From contig OZ024742.1 in NCBI GenBank assembly GCA_964016885.1, positions 294,996,001 through 295,060,000 on the forward strand: 64,000 bases of DNA, read 5' to 3'. Each line of letters starts with the position of its first letter. Positions within the stretch are counted from its first letter, which is position 1. Below are positions 49,795 through 61,464 of the stretch, piece by piece. The translations under genes and the position numbers were made by a program. The DNA is from Eledone cirrhosa (lineage: Eukaryota). The notes beneath the pieces are model-generated. The model searched no databases. It saw only the letters and a list, made by a program, of their open reading frames with translations, and had not been told where the DNA came from.

Positions 49795-52650
49795 AAAGCG
49801 GCTGCGAAACAACAATATATCTGGAGTTGAAAACGCAAGTGACAACTAGTATCAGGTAGTGAAAGAAAATGGTGATATCTGAAAGTGAGTTAAGTTTATA
49901 TGAGCTGGAAAGCAAGTGTGATTTCATGTGCGGGCAACTCGTAAAAATTTCTGTTTTTGTATGCAGGTTTTTGGTGATTTAAGGTTATGTAAAATCCAAT
50001 ATTTTTCACTTATGCAGAGTGTGCATCTTCTTGTTCCTCTTGCATATTCTTTAGATTGGTTCAAAATTGACCAATCCAATTTATATTGGATACCTTGGTC
50101 TTTCAAATCCCATATTCTGCTAGCCAGAGCTATTGTAAATCTTTTTTCTGGATGTCGGAAAGATGCGACATGTGAGTAATAACGCGTTTTGAATTTGTCT
50201 TGTGTCATACTCACATATCGTTCGCTGGTGGCTGGTAGGTTGTTGCTGATGGTTGTCACTTTTAAAGTCGAGCACTCTTCAGTCAATAGGATTTTAAACC
50301 AATACTGAACATGGATAAATATCCTTTGAATTACTCTATCAAGAATATCCCAACACCTTCTAACACTTCCTACACGAAAATGCTGATAGACAAAGTAGAG
50401 AAAGTTGTTAAAAGAATGAGATGGAAAGCTTTGATTCTCGATGGACACTTTAACACGGACTCTACGGAACATTTTGATATCAAAACTCATAAATACCCGC
50501 AAAGAGTAAAAGATATGACCGCTTTTGAACTAGACTTATTTAATGTAATCAACAATATCAAATTTTGTAAGTACTCTAATCCTTTTCAATCTAAACTATC
50601 TAAAAATAAGGTCATTTTCTCCGACAAAACTAAAAACTTATACGAAGTTAATAATAATTTACATGACCAACTCTTAATAGATAACATCATCTCTAAATAC
50701 CAAATAGCTAATATAAACACGTATAATAATATAAATAAGGAAGCTAAAGAATTAGCTAGTTCTTTAAAAATAGATAATAGGACAGAAAAACTTGCTAAAC
50801 GTAATGCCTATATCACCCTCAAAGATCACAAACCTGACTTTATTAATCGTCCTTGTTGTAGATTAATCAACCCTGCTAAGACTGATAGCGGTCTTGCTAG
50901 CAAAAAAATTTTAAATAATATAAACACACAGATTAGAAGTAAGTCTGAATTACTCCAATGGATAAATAGCTCTTCCGTAGTACATTGGTTTAATAATATT
51001 AAAGATAAAAATAGTTCTAGATTCACCCAATTTGACATTGTAGATTTCTACCCGTCTATTACTCAGCCTCTTTTAGCGAAAGCCTTAAATTTCGCTAGAA
51101 AGTTTACCAATATTTCTGATATTGAAGAGAATGTCATCTTGCATGTTAGAAACATTCTACTCTTTACTAATAATGACACTTGGGTAAAAATATCTAACCC
51201 AGAGAACCTATTCGATGTCTCAATGGGTTCTTTTGACAGTGCTGATGTTTGTGATTTAGTCGGCCTATTCCTCCTACACACACTTAAAGAAAAATTCCCT
51301 AACCATATTTTGGGCTTTATCGCGACGATGGTCTAATACTTTCCCATACCACCATAGGCCATAACTTAGATAGATTAAGGAAAGACTTAATAAAAACCTT
51401 CGCTAGTTTTAATCTTAAAATTACTATTGACACTAACCTTTCCAATGTTAATTTTCTAGATATAAACCTAGATCTGCCTACTGCTTCTTATAAACCGTAC
51501 CATAAACCTAATGAAAATTTAAAATATATAAATAAAGGCTTTTGCCATCCTCCTATAGTTTTTAAAAACCTTATCCCTAATATTAGCCGTAGGATCTCCA
51601 CCCTCTCTTCCTCAGAAGCTATTTTCAATAAGGCATCCCCCTACTATAATAAAGCCCTTCAAAATAGGGGATTTAGCGAACCGATTAAGTACATACCCAA
51701 CAATACTAACTCATTTAAACATAATAATAGGAAAAGAAAATAATCTGGTTCACACCCCCTACTCTCTAGAAGTTAAAACTAATGTAGGCAAAAAATTCCT
51801 AGAGCTCTTAGATAAACATTTCCCTAGAACACATAGATACTATAAGATCTTCAATAGAAACTGTGTCAAAATTAGCTACTCCTGCGGTTCTCCTATTAAA
51901 TCTTATATCATCAATAAGAAAACACCCAAAGAACATCAAAATTGCTCCTGTAGAGTCAAAAGTGAATGCCCATTACAAGGTAAATGCAACACCAAAGCCA
52001 TTGTATATGCGGCTAAAGTGACAACCATCAGCAACAACCTACCAGCCACCAGCGAACGATATGTGGGTATGACACAAGACAAATTCAAAACGCGTTATTA
52101 CTCACATGTCGCATCTTTCCGACATCCAGAAAAAAGATTTACACCAGCTCTGGCTAGCAGAATATGGGATTTGAAAGACCAAGGTATCCAATATAAATTG
52201 GATTGGTCAATTTTGAACCAATCTAAAGAATATGCAAGAAGAACAAGAAGATGCACACTCTGCATAAGTGAAAAATATTGGATTTTACATAACCTTAAAT
52301 CACCAAAAACCTGCATACAGAAACAGAAATTTTCACCAGTTGCCCACACATGAAATCACACTTGCTTTCCAGCTCATATAAACTTAACTCACTTTCAGAT
52401 ACTTATCCTCCATTAACTCTTGTTCTCCACTTTCCTTAAATTATCCTCTTTACAGACTTCTCTTTCTGATTTACTTTCATTTTAAACTTTATTTTCATTT
52501 TTATTTTTATTTTCACTTCACATCCACCAGTACCCCCCCCCTCCTACTTTTTGATTTTTGATTCACTTACCTAATATCTTCACATTCCACATTTTACTTC
52601 ACCATTTTCTTTCACTGCCTGATATATTCTGTTGTTTCGCAGCCGCTTTT
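49795..52650 (+). mobile_element. Penelope-like element 2, near full-length but frameshifted, with inverted 3' copy upstream
   Basis: ORF from 50311 (NYSIKNIP..KRMRWKA..LKDHK..QFDIVDFYPSI..MGSFDS); LYRDDGL at ~51315 after a frameshift; GIY-YIG (IVYAA..YVGMT..FKTRYYSH..CTLCISEK) to 52353; 49795-50260 is the reverse complement of 52018-52650. Confidence 0.9.
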
Positions 52651-53293
52651 AAATTCCCTTTTTGGCATATTATAAACAGTTGAACTTTGGTGATCGATTC
52701 CAACCGTGACCATCCCCACTGAAAGTTTCGTGAAATAGTCTTTAAGACTATACAGAGCTTTGTAGTTTTTCCAAATTGAAGGATGAGTATTTTAAACTTT
52801 ATTTTATTCTGAGTTAAGGCTCTATCGATTTTTCCATGATTTCACCAAATTCTGAATCTATATCCTGATTCTTTTTGAATTGAGTTTGAATTATTTTCCC
52901 ACATCTTACGTTAACTATTTTTCTATTTTGACGCTATAGTCACATATATTATGGAATACTGTTGGCTTCTTATATATATAATAATAATAATAGGTTACAG
53001 TATCGTAAAAGAGGATAGAAAGAAGAGTTATAAAGAGGTGCGATTTTGATAATGAAACACTACGTATGTTTTCATTCCATTATACTGGTGATGTAAAACT
53101 TTTAATCCATTATGCAAGGTGATGTAAAACTATTATTTAACCCTTTTAGGGTCTGTAATTAAAAACTTTGCTTGTAATATCTACCTCAGATGAGCCCCAT
53201 TGGGCGAAACATGTGTAAGAGCTTTATAAAGATATGTTTTAACGGCTTGTAACTCTTTCATTAATTATTTTGCTATACATATATATATATAAC

Positions 53294-53351
53294 ATAAGAA
53301 ACGGAGAATCAGTGGTGCGATTCGTCGCACCACTGATTCTCCGTTTCTTAT
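53294..53351. repeat. Perfect 27-bp stem hairpin with TTCG loop
   Basis: ATAAGAAACGGAGAATCAGTGGTGCGA TTCG TCGCACCACTGATTCTCCGTTTCTTAT. Confidence 0.9.
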
Positions 53352-53544
53352 ATTATACTCTGCTCTGCAAGAGCATCGAGTGCTCAAATGGCCTACCACA
53401 TACGGACGCTTTAAGCATCCTACACCAATTATATATATATATATATATATATATTCTACGTGATGGCTGCCCCCTCGTTATCGAGTATGGCCATTGCACG
53501 AAAAAAACAACATAATGACAATAATAATAATATATATATATATA

Positions 53545-55818
53545 CGTGGGAAAGTAAGAAATCGGAGAATAGACCGTTAAAACATGTTTATTTAAAACAG
53601 CACCTACGTACGTTTCGCCCAGTTGGGCTTCTCAAGGGCATAAATAATCAAAAGTGTTCCTTACATTGCTCGGAAAGAGTTTTGGGGGTTAAATCCACGT
53701 CAAGGTTCATTGCTCGCAAAAATAGCTTGTTTTGATTTTGCAGCAGGTCAAGGGAGGTTACAACCTTACCCTTGTCGATACGCATGTAATCAACGCTTAT
53801 TTCGAGAGTTTTTTTCCCCGCATCTGTTTGTCTGAGTCGTTTGAGGCTGGGTCTGGTATGCAAGGATAGTTTCCTGGGCGTTATTTTGCAGCGCCTGCCC
53901 GCCGGGGTGTTAAGACTTGTTGCAGGGGGATCCGTTGCACGGTTTCACTCCTCATCCTTAACCCATCTAAAAAGGATATTTTTAAGCAATGTGTACAACT
54001 TATCGCTGTTTCAGCTCTGCTGTTGATGAGCTCGTGGAGTGCAGTTATGATGTGGTAGAGCTCTATGAGGCAAATATCGCATTTCCTCTTGAAGTTGTAC
54101 GGTGCAGCTCTGCCGACAATATCCCAGTGCGTGGAGAAGCTGATGTTTAAGTCCTTTAGTGATGTGATGTAGTCCGCGAGCGAAGTGGAGTGTCTTAGTT
54201 TTTTATTTGTGAAAGAGTGGAGATGTGTTCGAAACCTAATTTTGAACGGGCCGGAGGTAGCCCCTATATAATGTTTAACGCTATTGTGGCTACTTATAGT
54301 GCATCTATATATAACCCTATCAGTCAAGCAGTATCCTCTAAGGGGGCAGCGTCCTCTGTCGCGGCAGTTGAAATTTCTGTCCCGGTTCCGTCTATTTCCC
54401 ACGGTAAGGCTATCATTGTTGCTGCCTACGTTGTTACCTACGCTACCGCAGCTGTCGTTAGCACCATTACAACCCACAGCACGTGGGGTGGTGCGATTGT
54501 TTATCCGCACGTCATGTCCTGCATGTTCCCCAGTCATTTCGCGGTTATGCTGGTTGCGTCTGCGGATGCCGTTGCCAACACTATTGGATGCTGCCAGGGA
54601 GTTGTTAAGGCCGATATAGTTATTGTCAGGTGTAGGTGCGTCTGTGTCTTGGTGATCTTACTGTGGTTCATTGTTCCTATGATGTCTGCTAGGTTAGGAG
54701 TAGTAGAGAAGGATATTTTTATATTGTTCCTATTAAGAATTTTACTATACCTATGGTTGGGCGGTAAGTTCTTCTCTAAGGCTTCGAAGAACATCCGGGG
54801 TATGTTGGAGGCCACACTCTGAGAGGTGGGTGGGTGGAACCATAGGACGTTACGGTGGCGATTACGTGTCCTTGTACGTTTGCTACGGGTGGTTCCATCT
54901 AGGTGACCGCTCTTATGTGTGTTAGTGCGCAGTCGCCCGTTCAGTGCCCCTTTCACTTTATGCTCGGGTACACTCTTCCTACCTCTTCCATGTTTATGTA
55001 CAGGAAGATGTTGGTTGGAAGGCGTTGGTAGTAGGCCGTCGCCTTTGTTGGTTTGGTAATAGGGGAATAGTTCGAGTAATCTACAGTGGTCACCATCGCC
55101 GGGGTCGTGATCTTTAGTGCGGTTATCTATTCTATTATATCCGACTTCAACGAGGCCGCCGCGTGATCGGTTATAGGTATGGCTTACTATAACGTTCGTT
55201 TTATGAGGGGGGTGGTTTCTAGAACTAGCGTTAGGGATGTAGGAAATTCCTCGGTTAAAGCCGGCGCTTATCAAGGTCCTATTGTAGTAATCTGCCGCTT
55301 GGTTGAAGATATCCTCATTGGCGGATAGCCTCGAGATTCTATGTGAGATACTATAGACTATGGAGTTGAGAGTCTGCTTAGGGTGGTTGGAGGCATAATT
55401 AATATAAGCGAGGCACTCTCCAGGCTTATGGTATGGTTTGTATTAGCCCGTACTCAACTCCAGGGTCACGTCCAGGAACTTGACAACCTTGTGGTTGAGG
55501 TCCATAGTTACGGATAAGCCGTATGACTTGAAGAACCTGTGTATATGTTTGTTAAAGTTCTCTATCCTACAGGGGCTATGGTTCCTAACGGTAAACAGGG
55601 CGTCGTCCCTATATACACCTCCTTGTAGGGCCGGTATCTCTTCCCTAAGCTTATGTAGGAGGTATTTTGATTTAACTCCAAAACTCTTTCCGAGCAATGT
55701 AAGGAACACTTTTGATTATTTATGCCCTTGAGAAGCCCAACTGGGCGAAACGTACGTAGGTGCTGTTTTAAATAAACATGTTTTAACGGTCTATTCTCCC
55801 ATTTCTTGCTTTCCCACG
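53545..55818 (-). mobile_element. Penelope-like element 3, 5'-truncated, with inverted terminal copy
   Basis: GVYRDDAL, FLDVTL, VLWFHPP, NCRDRGRCPL..C, VIYRC..YIGAT..FKIRFRTH..CDICLIE; ~55668-55818 is the reverse complement of 53545-53695. Confidence 0.88.
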
Positions 55819-56082
55819 TGCTTACACTCTGCTAACTCTCTAGCCCACTAAATATTAACACTTCGAATATTTAATACTGCCAGCACTAGTATCGAGCACC
55901 TTTGGCATACGCTACTTGGCAAATAACTATATGTATCACCTATCCTCCCCTTTTTTTTCTCTCTCTCGATACGTAAATACTGTATATATATATATATAAA
56001 TATTTGGTCTATGGTTCTTATATATTTGATATATATTTATCCTTATCGAGCCCTCTTTGGATTTTAGTCTTCAAATTTATTT

Positions 56083-56147
<65 letters not shown>

Positions 56148-56452
56148 TATATATATACATATCTATACACACACACACACACGATAATAATTAACAGTGA
56201 TGCGATCGAATGTGGCTTTTTAGCCCAGCCAATGATCTAAAATGTCTTGCACAGAGTTGGCAACCAAAACATTCACTGGAAATAGTCCGCTGTCGTTGGA
56301 GTTCATGTACTTTTGCATGTCGTTTGAGCCCTACTGCTGATTTACATTCTCTACCAATATACTACATACAAATATACATACATATATATATGTGTGTGTG
56401 TGTGTGTGTGTATATACACATATGAATATATATGTATATATATATATATATA

Positions 56453-57333
56453 CGAGGTGTGTCAGAAAAGTTCCAGGACTGATTCACAAAAGATTTATTT
56501 CAAACCAAAACTTCACACTAAGAGTTTTCTCCTTCAAAGTAATCTCCTGGAGTATGTAACTGTAATCTTAGCTCTCTGCAGCGATCAAACCTTTTTCTTC
56601 ATAATTTTATATACATGTCCTCTGTTTCAGGTCATCAAGCAATGAGCAAAGAGCAACGAACAAAGTTTCTGGTACGGTTGGGGAAAAACTCCGTCAGAAG
56701 CACTGGGATTGCTGCAGCAAGTGTATGGAGATGAGATGATGTCACGCTCACGTGTTTTTGAGTGGTACAAGAGGTTTAAAGAAGGACGCGAGGACATGGA
56801 AGATGACCCCTGGAGCGGAAGGCCCTCAACAACCAGGGCTGAGGTCAACATTGAGCGCGTCAGGCAGATGGTGCGTAGCGATCGTCGGCTGACTGTTCGA
56901 CTGATGGCAAATGAGCTGGGCATGAATCGGGACAGCGTCTGGAAGATTCTCACTGAAGATTTTGACATGCGGAAAGTCTGCGCGAAGATGGTGTCAAAAC
57001 TGCTGAACGATGACCAGAAGGGTCGACGCATGCAAGTGTGCCAGGACATTCTCGAGCGTCTTGAAACCGAACCAGACTTGCTAGGGACAGTCATCACCGG
57101 TGTAGAGTCATGGATCTTCGAGTACGACCTGGAGGGAACCCGTTTTGAAGATGTGGACGACATCAAAAAGGCTGTGACAACAGAACTGCGGAGGATCCTG
57201 GAAGAATCCTTCCAGGAGTGCATGCAAGCATGGCAGAAAAGGATGGAAAAGTACATTAGACTCTTAGTGTGAAATTTGGGTTTGAAATAAATCTTTTGTG
57301 ATATCAGTCCTGGAACTTTTCTGACACACCTCG
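56453..57333 (+). mobile_element. Internally deleted mariner transposon
   Basis: TA TSD; TIRs CGAGGTGTGTCAGAAAAGTTCC..; transposase HTH (VFEWYKRFKEGREDMEDD..SGRP), ITGVESW (decayed ITGDE) fused directly to GTRFEDVDDIK, so most of the DDD domain is missing. Confidence 0.92.
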
Positions 57334-58044
57334 TATAATACATACATATATATGAATATATATGTATTAAAATTAAGTGAGGAAAAACTCTAATTATGGG
57401 AGTACACACAAGATAGACAAAAAAAAGTATTCTATTTAACCTCGGTTTCGTATGGGGAAGAATTCTTATTAGAACCACCAATAATTGAAGAACCCACATA
57501 CTCTCCAGGAAAGTTTAATTCTTCAAGAGCTAAGAGAAATTGAACAAGATATAATATACATAAAGTTTCCTTTGCTGAGGCAGCATAATGGAATAAAAAC
57601 ATACGTAGTGTTTCATTATCAAAATCACCTAGCATATTAGGACTACTTGTCAGGCTTATAATGTCATAAGAAATAGCAGCCAAAAGACCATCAGTTACAG
57701 CTCAATGAATTAAGGAGCAGTTTAATATTAATTAAAGGTTAATTAGTCTCTAATACTTAAAGATCTCAATGAGAGAAATCTCTCAGAGAAGTTTAAGTAT
57801 TAGAAACTAATTAACTTTTGATAAATAAATATGTATATATCATCATTCATTTCATTTCACTTTACGTCCGCTTTTTCCCTGCTTGTAAGGGTGGGATGGG
57901 AACTGATTTTGGCTTGATTTCTACAGCTGGATGCCCTTCCTTACACCAACCTCATTTACAGTGAGTGCTGCGTGCTTTTTTGCCGTGGCACCTCCACGAC
58001 CACTTTGCAGTGGAATGATATGGACCTCAGTCCCTATCATCTCA

Positions 58045-58183
58045 TTTCTCCAGCTGAGTAAACTGGAGCAATGTGAATTAAAGTGTCTTGCTCAAGGAAA
58101 CAACACATCACCCGGTCTGAGAATTGAACTCATAACCGTTCGATTGCAAGGCCAATGCTCTAACCACTAAGCCATGTGCCTCC
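58045..58183 (-). mobile_element. tRNA-derived SINE family B
   Basis: Uninterrupted reverse complement of the 11018-11117 plus ~11960 SINE. Confidence 0.8.
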
Positions 58184-58256
<73 letters not shown>

Positions 58257-58280
58257 TACATACATATATATATATATATA

Positions 58281-61200
58281 TGTGTTAGGAAGGGCATCCA
58301 ACCAGTGTATCAATGCCAAAACGCTTATCAGCACAGCAACAAATAGGAACAACAACAAAATATGAAGACGTCGCATCTCAGAGTTGCAACACTTAATGTT
58401 GGCACTCTCAGAGGTAGATCTGCTGAAATAGCAGAGATGCTGGAGAGAAGGCAGGTGGATGTGTGCTGCGTGCAAGAGGTGAGATGGAGAGGTGCCTCTG
58501 CGAGACTAGTCGTAGGCAAGCGTCTTAGCTATAAGCTATTCTGGGTAGGTAAGGATGATGGGTTAGGGGGAGTAGGCATTTTCCTGGCTGAGAAATGGAT
58601 CAATAAGACAATAGAGGTAGTTCAAGTTAGTAATCGAATAATTAAGCTTAGATTAGTTGTAGGTAGGAGACTACTGACAATCATCTCGGTCTATGCTCCC
58701 CAAGCAGGCCTAGGCAAAGATGAGAAAGACTGCTTTTATGAGCAACTTTTGCAAACAACCACAATGACAGAGGACGGAGACATCGTTATGCTAGCAGGAG
58801 ACTTCAATGGTCATGTTGGACAGCTCCAGGATGGTTACACTGGGGTACATGGTGGGCACGGTTACGGTTCAAGAAATGAAGAAGGAGTGAGACTTCTTGA
58901 ATTTTGTGATGCAAGTACATTGACTATTTGCAACACAAACTTCCAGAAACCTGCCAATCACCTAATAACCTACAAATCTGGTGAGCATATAAGCCAGATT
59001 GACTTCCTGCTAGTTAGGCAGCGGGACAGGCAGATAGTGTCTAATACCAAGGCATACCCTGGGGAAGAATGTACCCCACAGCATAGGTTAGTTGTTAGTG
59101 ATATCTCAGTAAGCAAGAGATGGAATGAGACATATAGGAAGGTGTGGAGAAGAAAGGTCTGGAAGCTAAAAGACCTTTCACTAAAATACAAATTTAGGAA
59201 AGCCCTTCAAGATGTATATGACGAAAAAGAAGACGATTTAGAGACGTATGACATAGATAATAACTGGAAGTTCTTACGTGACAACTTGCTGCGGGCTACT
59301 GATGAAACCTGTGGCTGGAGCAGAGCTCCAACCAGACAGAGAGTGACCTGGTGGTGGAACAGCACAGTAGATAAGGCTATTAGAGACAAAAGACTAGCAT
59401 GGAAGGCTTGGAAAAAGGGTGGGAGTAGGGAAGAATATACAGCCACTAAGAGAGAAGCTAGACGTCAGGTGTACTTAGCACACAGGGAGGCAGAGAGTAG
59501 GAGGTTTGCCAATGTTCTGCGACGGGAAGATCAGAGGCGTGCGGTGTTCCACATTGCAAGGCAGTGTGTCAATGCAAATCAGGATGTTGTTGGAGATAAA
59601 TGTGTCCGGGATGATGCCGGTGTACTTAGTGTCATGAATGATCAGAAAAAGGAGGCCTGGAAATGTCATTATGAGAGACTGATGAATGTGGAGAACGAAT
59701 GGGAGAGAGAGAAATTACCCTTGGTAGATTCGACAGAGGGACCAGCTATTGAGATTGACGAATATAGGGTCCAAGAGGCGATTAGGGAAATGAAAAATGG
59801 TAAGGCGGCCGGACCATCGGGAATAGTTGCTGAGATGCTGAAGGCATCAAGGGACGTAGGCACTAAACTGGTTGCACGCATCATCAATCAGGCTATATAT
59901 GGTGGTGTCATACCCAAAGACTGGTGCAGCAGTATTCTCATAAATTGCTACAAAGGTAAAGGGGATGCTTTGGAGAGGAGCAATTATAGGGGTATAAAAC
60001 TGATAGATCAGGTTATGAAAGTGGCAGAAAGGATTTTAGCACAACTAATTAGAGAAAGGGTCAAACTAGATGAGATGCAGTTTGGTTTTGTGCCTGGGAG
60101 GAGTACAACAGATGCCCTCTTCTTGGTGAGACAAATGCAAGAGAGGTTCTTAGAGAACAATAAGCCACTATACTTAGCCTTTGTTGACCTAGAGAAGGCC
60201 TTTGATAGGGTACCCCGAACTGTCATCTGGTGGTCCCTAAGGAAGCTAGGTGTTGAGGAATGGCTTGTGAGGACAGTGCAAACTTTGTACAGAGGTACTC
60301 TCAGTAAAGTCAGGGTAGGAATGGAGTTTAGTGAGGAATTCCAGATAAAAGTAGGAGTACATCAGGGTTCGGTCCTCAGCCCGCTCTTGTTCATTATAGT
60401 CCTCCAAGCCATAACAGAGGAGTTTAAGACTGGCTGTCCATGGGAACTTCTCTATGCTGACGATCTGGTTCTTATAGCAGAATCAGTAGAGGAGCTAGAG
60501 AATAAATTCTGGCTATGGAAACAGCAGTTGGAAGCAAGAGGACTGAGAGTGAATCTAGCTAAGACAAAAGTGTTGATGAGTAGAAAAGAGGACAAAACCC
60601 TGATTCCGTCAGGGAAATGGCCATGTTCGATATGCAGAAAAGGAACTGGCATAAATTCTATAAAATGCACACAATGCAGATCCTGGGTACACAAGAGATG
60701 TAGCGGGATAGCAGGCAAACTAACAGGTAGGGAGAAATATGTATGCAGTAGATGTACAGGGAAATTAGACAGTAGAAGTCGCACTGATAGACACATTTTT
60801 CAAATGCAAGAGGGCGCTATAGAAGTGGTGGATAGCTTCCAGTACCTAGGAGATCAGATTAGCATGGGAGGAGGGTGTTCCGAGGCCATAGTATCTAGAA
60901 TAAGGATGGGTTGGAAGAAGTTTAGGGAGCTGCTTCCTCTGTTGACGAAGAAGGGTTTCTCCCTGCGTACGAAAGGCCGGTTGTATGATGCCTGTGTGAG
61001 GAGTGCGATGCTGCATGGTAGTGAGACATGGGCAGCAACTGCAGAGGATATGCGACAGCTGGAGAGAAATGAGGCAAGCATGCTCTGTTGGATGTGCAGT
61101 GTAAATCTGCGTGAACGACCCAGCATAAATGTGTTGAGAGAGAAACTGTGTCTGAGAGGGGTAGAATGTAGTGTACAGGAGAGGAGACCGAGGTAGTATG

Positions 61201-61457
61201 GACATGTGATGCGCATGGAGGATGACCGATGGGTGAAGAAGTGCCAGGAAATACCAGTTGAAGGAAGACGTGGTAGAGGTAGACCATGAAAAACATGGGC
61301 GGAGGTGGTGAGAACAGACCTCAGATCATTGAAGCTCACGGTGGAGATGACGAGGGACCGTGACGAGTGGAGAGATGCTGTGCTGAATAAGACCCGTCCC
61401 ACCCTTGCAAGCAGGGAAAAGCGGACGTAAAATGATGATGATGATGATGATGATGAT
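58281..61457 (+). mobile_element. Near full-length RTE LINE (APE endonuclease + RT + PHD-like insert)
   Basis: 944-aa ORF 58362-61196: TLNVGTL, QEVRW, YAPQ, GDFNGHVG, IDF, QHRLVV, NYRGIKL, FVDLEKAFD, QGSVLSP, YADD. Premature TAG at the W of RWYGH and a TGA at ~61287; (GAT)n tail. Confidence 0.95.
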
Positions 61458-61464
61458 ATATATA

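Noticed and set aside
54217-54822. 201-aa hydrophobic plus-strand ORF
   Set aside because: Antisense shadow of Penelope-like element 3.
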